NCBI GenBank assembly: GCA_964187785.1
Contig: OZ076409.1
Location: forward strand, 65,164,001 to 65,228,000
Source: Amphiscolops sp. MND2022
Lineage: Eukaryota
Direction: 5' to 3'
DNA length: 64,000 bases
Part shown: positions 49,301 through 59,555 of the stretch, piece by piece
How the letters are laid out: each line of letters begins with the position of its first letter
Numbering within the stretch: the first letter of the stretch is position 1
Position numbers and translations under genes: made by a program
The notes under the pieces: model-generated
What the model saw: only the letters and a program-made list of their open reading frames with translations
The model's database searches: none
What the model was told of the DNA's origin: nothing

Positions 49301-51541
49301 GTAATTCAATTCAATTTTGTCATCGCGCACATCCCAGGAGCGCAAAATACGGCCGCGGATTATTTATCCCGATTGGAAGCCGATCCGAAAGACAAATTAG
49401 TCATGAAAATCCGCGAAGATGTACAAACACTGCCAGTAGAAATAAACGTCCAATCAGCCGGAGTCTCACAGGAAGAGCAAATCTTCTACACAAATGACGA
49501 CGATGAGACTGAAGAACAATATTGGGCGAGGAAAGAAGCAATCAGGAAAAACCCTGTAACTGAAGAACCTACTGTCACAATACAAACTCTATCTACTAAC
49601 TTAGTCAAACAACAACCTGAAATACAGGTCCGATTGAGGAAAACGAACCAGATAATTATTGAGCAATCCAAAGATACAGTACTGCAACAACTGAAAGCGA
49701 AGCTCCTTCATGAAGAGTACTCAGAAAACATACTGCAACAAGATGCTCGATACAGGCATTACGCTAATAATCTGGAAAGAATTGTCATCAAGGAAGACAT
49801 ACTAACAAGGCAATATTTTGATGAAACTGGGAATATAAAATACCATCAAATTCTTCTCCCGCAACACTTGCTGCCAGAATTGCTTCAGTCCCTACACGGG
49901 ACAGCCCACAAGCACCCAGGCATTTCAAAGATGCTGCAGGAGATCAGACAGAGATACTATTATCCCAACATGGCGAAACATGTCAAAAAGTGGGTACAAG
50001 GGTGTGAACAATGTGCAAAGGACAAACGAGTCCCAAATGCAACAATCACGCCCGAACTACTTAACTTGCCGGAATGGGACCTTGGACCCGAAGACGCCAT
50101 GCAAATCGACTTATTGCCGAATCTTCCCCCAAGTGGAGGATACGAAAATGTTTTAACTGCAATTGATGTCTTCTCTCGATACTTGTTTGCTTATCCTCTT
50201 ACGGACGCATCAGCGATCAATGTAGCTAAAGCAATCATTGATATTATGACCAAACATTCTTACCTACCGACGACGCTCATTACGGACAAGGGAACTGCCT
50301 TTACCTCCACGATCATTGCGGAAATTACACAGATTTTAGGCATTACCCTAAAATGTGCAACGACCAAACACCCGCAAACTATCGGGAAGTTAGAGCGAAC
50401 ACATGCCTCATTGAAAACGAATTTGAAAATGGCATGTGGAGAATATCGCCGACAATGGCATAAGTATTTGCCTTTAGCAGTTCTCAATCATAACACTAGT
50501 TATCATGCCAGTATCGGATGCGAACCGACAAGAGTGTTCCATGGGAGAATCCCATATAACATCTTGGATCACAAACTTGGAATGAACCCAAATGAGCAAA
50601 TCCATCCGACTACTGAATTCGCAGAAGAAATCCAGAACCGAACCAAACTCCTTATTGACAAGACAAAGCAGAACATCATGCAGTCATATATCAAATATAA
50701 GGAGTATTACGACAGGAAAGCCAAAGCCGCCCCACTCAAAGAGGGCGATTACTGTTTTGTATTACAACCGAAAGCGGATCATCAAGGATCAAAAATTCCA
50801 TTTAGGGATTATCGTTGGGTTGGACCGTTCATAGTCCAGAAGATTTTACCTAATGAGAACTACATCATCCGCAGGCTTAATACAAATAAAACGCAGATTT
50901 TGCATCGAATTCGTCTCAAAAAGTTTATTCCGAATCAGCCACTTGAGGACAATTTCCGAGAACAGCGCCTACAGCCGGACGACGAAATAATCATTCCGCA
51001 AGACGACTTGTATGTAATAACGTGGGAAACAAACTTTGGTGAGCAACTAGCTACACGAGGCAACGAGCCGATTCCGGCTAGCCTGACGAATGGCGAGAGG
51101 CCGACTACGCCAGAAACGAATGTGAATGATGCAAACGAGAATGAAAGTGATTATGTAATCACGACTGATTATCCGAATGACGTCAACGACGCTGTGCGCA
51201 GTAGAACCGAAAGAATGAGAAATGACGTCAGCAATGCTAATGAACCTAGTGAAGCAAATGAGAATGAAAACTCTGATTGGCCGAATCCGGCCGTTTCCAC
51301 AACGGATCAAGAAAAACCTGTGCCGAATACGGTTGAAAGACTAAAAGACGATGCGAATTTTCCAGAAAAGAATTTGATGAATGAAAACGATGCACAAAAT
51401 TCTCCGAAAAAGGGGGATGATATTATCGTGCCCGAAATATCGCAAAATGATGCTAGAAAAGAGAGCTTGAGCCCCAGAGGAGGGAAATATAATCTCAGGC
51501 CTAATCCTAACCCAAACTACTCAGAAGACTTCAGATACTAG
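46328..51541 (+). CDS. pol: Element B Pol (protease, RT, RNase H, integrase) expressed by -1 frameshift
   Basis: LIDTGA, YVDD, TDASF/KEFLAI/TDNK/ADYLSR, integrase HHCC + DDE and WVGPF. The -1 frame is open from AAAAAAC (46328-46334). Confidence 0.95.
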   Translation, partial: KKLTSPRLQYNQLISVRQYIRSDPPTKTFHEYQQQLMGYPSVVWQQQMEKATIITYNNTHLLQKPIPVWDPDYTSAFTSRFRPIPLVDDYNPTYIDPDYGRDPYWDTELYNQDLLQFQYVIDDIELYNRSVHDNPPITHNKKTRALIETWQMNDGTRHPVFPNPLGTETSDKPEETIPQSLLDESQFQNILITREGEPDCIPLSTSINLKCKKRMLYFPMDFGELTIDGLIDTGALSSAIPEMDLRKIRLLSPQSVIREGPPPNFQIMVANGQLETPKSTIELKFEVGDIEFHEIFIVMEHLTGPIIGLMFLQRNHTVLDMRQGILNFPFFSMQLKTADHKYSNVLEPILNPTEITIPSNDRVLIRTNSLLYPENTVTGILQPSDLLHEEGDITFCPALVSLNDGNIQIQVNNFTDHPYKLKKGLHIASFSVMTPEQMKYVKPVDPASTWHLLQNDQEQAAHYVSSLIKTNKNPQNTENYWFPTPENPGNPEEHTPIQKRILRELLALQELESLDPTKDEESRTKFLENFDWKDSTFTPDEKEKIERLLVEFHDIFARHRFDIGMNEEFKVKLTPKDDSPAYSQSLPAPINLKEDILVELAMLHKYGIITTLPFSKYASPIFAQKKPNGKLRLLVDLRKINNLISDDYINNNHPVSTLVDAAQHMAGKKLFCKLDCSQAYHCLPMADQRSIEMLAFNFASRTFAYRRLAQGLNRALSAFSSFMREYLDKVIKADQCAQYVDDIGIAANDADHLIANLRATFKCIQEAGLKLTMHKCHFGATEIDFLGRTITAQGVKPQRQNVQNFLEKTKFPKSKKALQRYLGFLNYYRNYVPRLSERLAPFYKMLKSDEKVLVSKELVQQFEEINRALDKCCDLALQQPIPNKQIALMTDASFGAAGYAVLIEDDPSQKFTSIRKSYAPVAYGSKTFTPAQIKMSIYAKEFLAIYFAFKEFGHIFWGAPKPVIILTDNKAVTRFFQTKIVPPALWNACDYVIQFNFVIAHIPGAQNTAADYLSRLEADPKDKLVMKIREDVQTLPVEINVQSAGVSQEEQIFYTNDDDETEEQYWARKEAIRKNPVTEEPTVTIQTLSTNLVKQQPEIQVRLRKTNQIIIEQSKDTVLQQLKAKLLHEEYSENILQQDARYRHYANNLERIVIKEDILTRQYFDETGNIKYHQILLPQHLLPELLQSLHGTAHKHPGISKMLQEIRQRYYYPNMAKHVKKWVQGCEQCAKDKRVPNATITPELLNLPEWDLGPEDAMQIDLLPNLPPSGGYENVLTAIDVFSRYLFAYPLTDASAINVAKAIIDIMTKHSYLPTTLITDKGTAFTSTIIAEITQILGITLKCATTKHPQTIGKLERTHASLKTNLKMACGEYRRQWHKYLPLAVLNHNTSYHASIGCEPTRVFHGRIPYNILDHKLGMNPNEQIHPTTEFAEEIQNRTKLLIDKTKQNIMQSYIKYKEYYDRKAKAAPLKEGDYCFVLQPKADHQGSKIPFRDYRWVGPFIVQKILPNENYIIRRLNTNKTQILHRIRLKKFIPNQPLEDNFREQRLQPDDEIIIPQDDLYVITWETNFGEQLATRGNEPIPASLTNGERPTTPETNVNDANENESDYVITTDYPNDVNDAVRSRTERMRNDVSNANEPSEANENENSDWPNPAVSTTDQEKPVPNTVERLKDDANFPEKNLMNENDAQNSPKKGDDIIVPEISQNDARKESLSPRGGKYNLRPNPNPNYSEDFRY

Positions 51542-51794
51542 GAAAAGAGTAAATTGCGTCCAAAAGAACGCTTAGCTCATTTTCTTTTTCCTTTTATTTC
51601 TTTTTTTTCTGGCCCCGGAAGCTGAATTTTCAGAATAAACAACAAGGCATTAAAGCAATGATCCCGCACAAGTGAATAAATATGGGATCATGAAACAAAG
51701 AAATGATAGCAGAATACAAATGTGACAACAAAATGAGAAATAAAGAAATCAACAGAGTTTACAGTTTGATGTACATAAATACATATGTACAGAA

Positions 51795-54700
51795 TCAGGA
51801 TTTAGTAGAAGAATCCTTACTAGGACTACCAACGACAGAGGATGACGATGATCGGGAAACACTCCTTCCCTTCTTCCGCTTCTTGCTACTGGGGATCCTT
51901 ACTGCGGACTGATCTTCAACGGTACTACTCTCTGCCAAATTGACCTGCGTTGAAACCCTCTTCGGAGCTGAGTCGGCTTTGCGGTGAGTGGACAGGAGAT
52001 ACTTATAGATTCTTGACCGACCGAAAGTGTCAGTATAAACCCAAGGATCGTACTCTGAGGAAAAGGCAGCACGTCCAAAGGACTCAGCTAGAGCAGAGAA
52101 CTTGGCCAAGTGGGAGTCTTCACTGCTCCGTAAAACCGATCCGGCAACATTGGCCATGTAACTCTGGCAAGGCAAGACCAGGTCCGTAAATCTGCTTTGC
52201 CCTCCTGCAGTGGTGACCTCTCCAAAGGTGACATCTGGGTAACTTGGGCTGACGGTGGTTGAACACAAACAACTCAATTTGAAGAGATATAACAAGTGTG
52301 GACGCTCATGAAGAAAATCAAGCCCCATCAGGAATTGAATCAAATCGGGTTCCACGCTAGTGATATCAAAGCTGGAACCGAAGGCAGTCTGGAGATGGTC
52401 CAGCAACTGAATATACTGGTCCCGACACTGAGACTCATTTGAATCTTCAACCCAAGATCGAAGTACAAAGGTGTTGTAGAGTACCTCGAAGTGCCGCAAA
52501 GCTACATCCGTGGGTCGCTTCAGCATTATATAAGGATCAAAGGCCGCCAATCCTTTTATGAGGTTGGTGCTGAAAGCTGTCTTCTCGAGTACTCCATTAA
52601 TCAAAAACTGGATGTACTGCTGGCTGTCCTTGACGAAATCAGCTTTTACCTTATCGGCAGTGGCCAGGATGGCAGGACGTTCAGTTTTCTGGCCGAAATG
52701 GATTCCATCAGCCTTGACTCTGCTTGCCGTTGCCACTCGATTGCTCATCTTGAGACGAATCAGGTATTCGTCTCCGGGGAGGAAAGTACCCTCACTGGTC
52801 TGGAACCGGAGGAGGAGAAACCAAGCGTTGGCAATTGGGGCAGTGTCCGGAGTATAGATTCGGGAGCAAAGCAGGCTGAGGAAGCGGCTAACTTCTCCGC
52901 ATAGATAGAAGGAAGCATCCCGGCGGTATTGCAGATTCACTGTGAAGCTGGAAACGACTAAAAACAAAACTGATGTCCAACTCAAGACAGTTTTCTCTCA
53001 CGAAAATTGTACAGGACTACACTCACAGTCATTGACGATCTTGCTGAAGAACTCCAGCTTAACGGTGAAGAATTCGTCACATATCAGTGACCACTCGAAA
53101 CTTTGTGCCTGGAACAAACATATGGCCAATTGACGATTGGAAAACGGACCTTTAGTTTGTTTGACGGATAAGGACAACCCAAACCCTTAGGGGCTTAAGT
53201 GCAGATAAGGAAATCTAACCCTTCCTCTGGAGCCAGATCCTTCTTGCAAGGGTGCGTGATTAGTGAGGTAGCGCACCACAGACTTCCACTCGGCAATGAG
53301 CTCTCGGCAAAGAATGGGCAGGGTTGGTACTTCTAGCTTGCAACTGGTTATGGCCTGAAATACCAATTAAACCTGCGTTAGCATGATAGGGATATCTAAA
53401 CGTCCTGACCCAGTTCCCGTTCCCTAGATGAAGATTCTATAAGAAAACTACTCACCTTGGTGAGCTCAGGACTTCTGATGACCCAGTCTTCCATGAGAGA
53501 ACCGCCCAGAGAGACCATCAGAGCTTGCAGGACAGAGAAAAAATCTATTTTCCCAAAGACGCTGTAGCTGGTTTTATGCATGAGGCAAGCTAGGGAGAAA
53601 TGTTCAAATCGAGGACAGCTCTGAACCCCTTGGTTGTAATATCCAGACTCATCAATGGTTCTGGGTAGATCTGGATGACATCCCGAACAGGCGACTATTC
53701 CGGGCTTTGTGGACACAGCGGAGAGGAGGCGAGAAAGAGATCCCAGTTCGCCGGTAACATCTGTAGTGAATCGGGAGCTACGACAGACGAACACCCTACA
53801 GAGTTCAGACCCCTTCCAGAACTTGATGGACATGTGTTTGAAAATTCCTACTGTTTCAAATTCGAGGGAGAAGCACTGTTGGGAGTTGACTTGCTCCGCG
53901 ATTTCATCAAGACAACAGATGAAGAAATGTTGGAAAATCGCCTAAAGACAGAAAGCACCTTTTGGACTAAATAGGAAAGAGGAAGACTTAGGAGAGACTG
54001 TCAATGAGTGAAGCGAAAAGTACTTACCGACAATCTTTCTTCACCCCAATCAAAATCGTTGAAACTGCTTTGATGGTTGGTGAACGATCCAATTCGGGAC
54101 CACAGGTTGCGCAAGACCATCATATCGCCTTGGGTCCTGATGTAATCCCCAACCAGGCAGAGCTGAGTTTTGAGGCGAGCTTCAGGGGTGGCCATGGTAG
54201 TGGTGGAGCCTTTGACGAAGTCGTCATAAAAAGGAAAGCGCTCACCAATGTCCACTAATTCAACATTCCTGAATTTAGGCAGCTCTCTAGCTAACTCCAC
54301 CTTGGTCAGGAGTTTCCCGTTCCCACCTCGGACTCGGTGTTGCGTCTTCCCTGTGACTGGATCGACACTGCGGAGGTGTTCGTATCGCCAACGCTGGTCT
54401 CGCCGCAGATGACGTGCAGTCCGATGGTGCCTGAGGATTTCGTATGGCCCCTTTGACTTTATGGAAAAATTCTTTTTACAAATGTGGCACCAGACCATGA
54501 GTGGATTATGAAGAGGATCTGCTGGGCCAGAAATGAAGGATCTCGTCCATCCAATTTTGCTAAAGAATTCCTCCCGCATAGGGACCCCACGTCTGGAGAG
54601 GGCCTTGCTTCCTTTCTTCTTTTTAGTCCCGGAGGATCCAGCGCTGGGTGCGGCTAGAGCTTGATTCCTAACCTCAAGCAACGTATCATCTTGGCTACTG

Positions 54701-56019
54701 GACTCTGGGGCATCAATCTCAACATCCTGTGATATGTCTTGACTGGGAGTTTGCGGTTCAGGAGCGCCTTGACCTTGTGTGACCTTCTTGAAGGACTTGG
54801 TTATAAGATCCATTTCCGTTGCGCTGTCAGTCTCCCCATAATAGGAGGACTCTCCTGTCATTTCAGTCTCAGTTGATCCAACATCTCTGTTCCCCAGAGT
54901 GGCTTCCCTTTCGGTGTCACTTCCGCTGGAATCTCCCATGGCTGCAGGTCCAGGAGTCTGAGCTCGTCTACCCGAGTAGAAATGTGCAGTCCTGGATGGA
55001 GCAATGGCTGGCCTGCCTCGAACCGCATCAATAACCATTTTTTCCATGGTTGAGAAGGACCGTCCTAGAGTCTCATCGGTAAGGACTCTCAACAAGTGAT
55101 ATACTTGCGGCTCTGTGAAGGTGACGGTGGATTGGCCTACGGGGAACCTCGAGGATGGCGACTCATCGAAATACTCCTTGAGAATTGCCCGACTCCTTCC
55201 TGAGAGGTGTGGTGGTTCTTTCTGAGTTGCGCCTTGCCCGGACGACGGCCCACTGGTACCTGGAACGTGAGGGTCAGGCCCAGTTTCGTCCCCTCCATCT
55301 GTTCCAGAGGCGTGAGAGAAAGGATGACTTCCATATAAAGCTACTGGAGCTATCACGCTGGACTGGTCGGTTGCCCCCTCATCTCCGCTGGGCTCTGTGA
55401 GGTATCGAACTCTTACTTCCCCACCGGGGAGGGGTGGAGCGTCTCCTACCGAGGAAGCTGCTTCCGTGTCCTGCTGCAGGGTTGGGCTATCTCCAGTGGT
55501 GTTGGCTGAAAGATCAATATCCACAAGTTCAACTAATTGGGATCCGGGTGTCCCGACTACTCGAAAGGCTGACTCTAGAGCAGAAAGGTCAGCACTTGGG
55601 GTCTCCCCCACATTATCAGAAAGTGGGGTGCTCGCTCTTCTAGGCTCAGTGATGGGCGTAATGACAGGATCCTTTGGGGTATCAAGATTGACTTCTGAGA
55701 ATTGGCCTCTTTGCTCTGTCTCCTCTTGCGGAAGGCTTGATGTTTGCGCTCCCTCCAACTGACGTACCATATTGTCTGCATATGTAGTAACATCTGGGTC
55801 ACTATCGGCGTTATGGGAAGAAGTGGCTTCGTCAATTCGTTGGCCGTGTGATTCTTGGGACGTAGCTGGATGCTGGACTTGCTCAGTCTGTTCAGACAAG
55901 GGGTTGCTTGTCGAAACGCTGTCAGAGGGGTTAGCTGGTGTATTCACAACTTCAGTTGTTTGGTTCTCTAAACGAAAAGAGATAAAATTTGGCGGTATGC
56001 TTCCTCGAAAAGAATCCAT
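51795..56019 (-). CDS. Element B antisense spliced gene: C2H2 zinc finger plus hAT-transposase-like body lacking recognisable catalytic motifs (~1285 aa predicted)
   Basis: Predicted exons 56019-54028, 53941-53456, 53354-53220, 53108-53027 and 52957-51795. Donors GTAAGT/GTGAGT/GTTAGA/GTGAGT, acceptors TTTAG/TTCAG/TCCAG/TTTAG. The joined frame is stop-free and colinear with the unspliced last exon of the element A gene. Confidence 0.85.
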
Positions 56020-57082
56020 ATTACCGCGTTAGAAATCTTCCGGAAGTATCTTAGACTTGAACAAAACGTGTTATCACGTGCCTATTAGTGGAAACAGGAA
56101 GCGCTGTACGAACGAAATTTAGCCCTGATCAAGCTAAGCTAGTTCAACATGTGAAAACCAGACCAACCTGTACTCGAAGACATGCTTCTCCAGTATCGTT
56201 AGTCCAAAGTAGAAGAATGAGGAACAACGAAGGGACTGTGTGATTGAGCCAATCTCGGCTGGGGAAGGAAGGAACCAGAGATTCTCTGAGAGGGAGATGC
56301 CACTCGTGATGAGAGGAAAGGACGTCGTAATAGCAAAGTGTAACGAATATGCAAATGTGTTGAATTTGAATGGAGACAAATGGAAGTTAGATGGAATTGA
56401 AAATGTAACAATCAGATAGGATCGGAGAGTTGGAGTTCGTGGCTGAAGATTTACCAGACTAATATTATTCGATTATCTACATATTTAAAACTGTACACGG
56501 AGTCTGCCAGCGAAATGTACAGAAAATTCCTCGTTATTTATAACTTCGTTAGTTGAGTGGCCGATTACGGCCTTTTACCCTACTTACCTTTACCGTTTTG
56601 TTCCGTTGCCTTTATTACCCTTAGTTAGAAATCGCCATTTTAGAATAGTCAAAATTATTATTTTTCGCCATTTTATTTATTAATTTTTCATTTTATCAAC
56701 GGGTAATTCTGATTGGCTAACGCCATGTTGAGAAAGAGCTACGACGAGCGCAGTTAATTACCTTCAAGCGACCTGTTAATTACCCACTTGAAAATAGTGA
56801 AGTTGGTTTTGATGACTCGAGTGTTATTCACACCTCTCCAAGCGGTGTAGTAGATGGGGGGTAAACATTGGATTATCAAAGGCAGCCAACTAATTATGGA
56901 ATTCCATTCAAGAATGTTTATGTCGGATTGGGAGATTCGACTGAGGAATTCTACCGCCACAACGAATTGCCGGGAAAAGACCGAACTCGGCTAATACCCT
57001 AAGTTTGATAAATTCATTCAATCTCATATTTCATCGACAAACAGTTGACTTGCCTAGACTCAAAATTGCAAAGAAATACATA

Positions 57083-57865
57083 ATGAGCAAATTTAACCTC
57101 TCAAGGAAATTATTTGATCTTGAAGGTTGCGACTCAGATGAATCTACTGATTCAGTAATCTACATCTCTAGCGACGAAGAAGAGTCCTCATACTGGGAAT
57201 CGGACTGTTCTACCGACACGGAACAATTAATCGCCCGCATAGAGAAAGAGGTTACGTCGAGCCCAATGCTGATCGCAGGACGAATTATGACGGTGGACAC
57301 AACGGAAAATGATATGGTGGCTGGACCAAGCACGTCAAAGACGGACACTGAGATGACACCTAAACTGGATCACAGGTATTTCGACATAGACAGGTGCTAC
57401 GCCCCCCCGAAGAAGGCCGGAAAATCAAAAATCGAGATTTGTAGTACGATTTTGCCAGTTTTGGAGTCGCCCCTATCTCCCCCGGATCACGAAAAGGGCC
57501 CAAGCAAAGACACCCCTTTGGTCCAATCAACTAGTGGGAGCTTCCGTGCCTCATATCATATTCAGAACTCGAGGCCCTACGACGATATAAGCAGACAACG
57601 GTGTACTAGTTGCATGGTCTGCGGGAGAGCAGTAGATGAAATCAAAGAGGAAAAAATCAAGTGGTATATGGACAGATCGACCCCCAGAGGAGAGCCTGAG
57701 TACATCACCAAATTGAGGCGGGAAGCGTACGTGAACGGTCTTAACGCCGGCAGCTTACTTTTCATTGCACCCGCAGTGTCGCAGGCTGCCGCCTGTGATG
57801 GCAACAACTATACGACCTCGGGATACGGACAAGAAATTACCCCAGGTACATTACCCATTTATTAA
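57083..57865 (+). CDS. Element B sense accessory ORF (acidic N-terminus, CxxCxxC) extending into the 3' LTR
   Basis: Open frame of 260 codons from ATG 57083 that crosses the LTR start at 57777. Same position as ORF 17566-18216 in element A. Confidence 0.65.
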   Translation: MSKFNLSRKLFDLEGCDSDESTDSVIYISSDEEESSYWESDCSTDTEQLIARIEKEVTSSPMLIAGRIMTVDTTENDMVAGPSTSKTDTEMTPKLDHRYFDIDRCYAPPKKAGKSKIEICSTILPVLESPLSPPDHEKGPSKDTPLVQSTSGSFRASYHIQNSRPYDDISRQRCTSCMVCGRAVDEIKEEKIKWYMDRSTPRGEPEYITKLRREAYVNGLNAGSLLFIAPAVSQAAACDGNNYTTSGYGQEITPGTLPIY

Positions 57866-59555
57866 ACTCAAAACTGCAATTGCCAAGACTCGCTTTAACT
57901 ATTTTAGTTTATTTATCCAAACTGAATATTAGTCTGTTAAGTACAATTTGGAATTGTCCAAATTGGGATGTTTTATGTTGCAAATGTGTTGAATACAATT
58001 ACAGCAGAGCAATGTAATATAAAGCAACTGTAAGGCAGTATAGGAAACGTGTTCAAGTGATGCTAAGCGCTGATCCAAAAGCGTCACTTGAGCGCATTGT
58101 CTTATCCAATCAGAGCGCTGTATTTGTTGTGCTATATTAGCTTTGTTGCTATCATGGCCTAATTAGGCCTATTTCCTAAATAACGCTTGCTGTACTGTAT
58201 TACTTGGTCAAACGGCCGGTTCCGGCCATTTTGTACAAATAGTTAATTGACGTTGCTTTGATAGTAATAACCGGACCTATTATTTCAAATTCACTTTAGT
58301 CCACTTGTTGATGCTATAATTATACTCCCCCTCTGCCTAAATGTGAGAAATGAGCATAATAATAATTGCAGTTGGAATGAAGCCTCTCCCCACCTTTTCC
58401 CAGTGCAAGACTGAAACCCCGGACATGGCCAGTTTCGGCCTCGTGAAAATAACTTGCACCAATTTCACTGCTGCGTTTGTTGATCATGATTTATTCAATT
58501 TGATACGTGAATTAGACGGCACATGGCAAGCCGCGTGGCAGCACGTGCTGTCTCAACACCTTGTAATAAGGAATGCAATGAACAGTGCATTGTTAACATT
58601 TTTGTTATTTGTATTGATGTTAAGTACGTTAGTTATTTGTTTGATGTTAACTCACGGTCGATGTAAGTTGGGCACGCCGCCTGTCACACCTATAACCACG
58701 TGATGTTTGGAATAACACTTGACCTTACTAGGACGAATTCCTGAAAGTCTTTGAGGTGCTAACTATCTAACTGTATGTCGGTCCTCATGACCATTAAGGA
58801 ATTTGTCGATTACAAATGGAATTTGATCACACTTGTAAGGGTATATATAGCAATGTTTCCTTGAGGTGATTATTAAATCCATACCGATTGTTCAGATCAG
58901 TTGATTTGTTTCGCATTTATAGATTGCAAGTCTAGATTACCAAATAAAATATTCAACCTTGAAATCTTGATGCCTACTACAAGGAAACAAAAGAAAGCTA
59001 GAAAGTCTAGAGGAATTGAGATGCTTTCTGACTTGGAGAACCTTGACATAATGCTAGGGGAAAACCACTTCAATAGAAATGAAAGGGACGGAAGTGTTAG
59101 TAGCAATTTCGGCAGAAGGCCTGGTAGTACCTCTGCAGATGAACTAGGAAGTAATGGTGAAAACAGGCACTCAGCCACAAGGGACATTGATCCTGGTAAT
59201 AATGCCGATTATGGTCGAAACTCAATTGGTGGCAACTCTAGTGCTGAGATTAACAGGTTGTCAAGTGAATTGAACTCTAGATTATCAAGAGAGTTAGATG
59301 ATATGATGTGTAGTGTCAATTCTCAGATCCAAAGGGCAATTAGTGATGCAATAAGCAACCAAGTACTCCCACAAATCCAATCCGCCCTTAGTGCCGGGTC
59401 AGGACACATGACACAAAACAGATGGGACATTCCGTCCGAGAGACCGGAAATAAATTCCGAAGGACTGCAAAATACTAACCCCAAAGACAGTTCAACTAGC
59501 AAGCATAACCATGACCATCAGAATGATGGTGGTATCAATTTAAATGCTTACGACA
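57777..59555 (+). repeat. 3' LTR of element B
   Basis: Direct repeat of 43432-45210. Confidence 0.96.

Larger units (their letters stand above)
43432..59555 (+). mobile_element. Ty3/Gypsy LTR retrotransposon B (16.1 kb) with extra ORFs
   Basis: TGTCG...CGACA ends, 1779-bp LTRs (3 mismatches noticed at 43986, 44373 and 44586), 5-bp TSD CCAGT (43427-43431, 59556-59560), PBS, gag and pol. Confidence 0.97.

Noticed and set aside
51795..56019. Cargo gene as a separate nested DNA transposon
   Set aside because: No TIRs or 8-bp TSD were seen around it, and it has the same position and orientation in two diverged elements.
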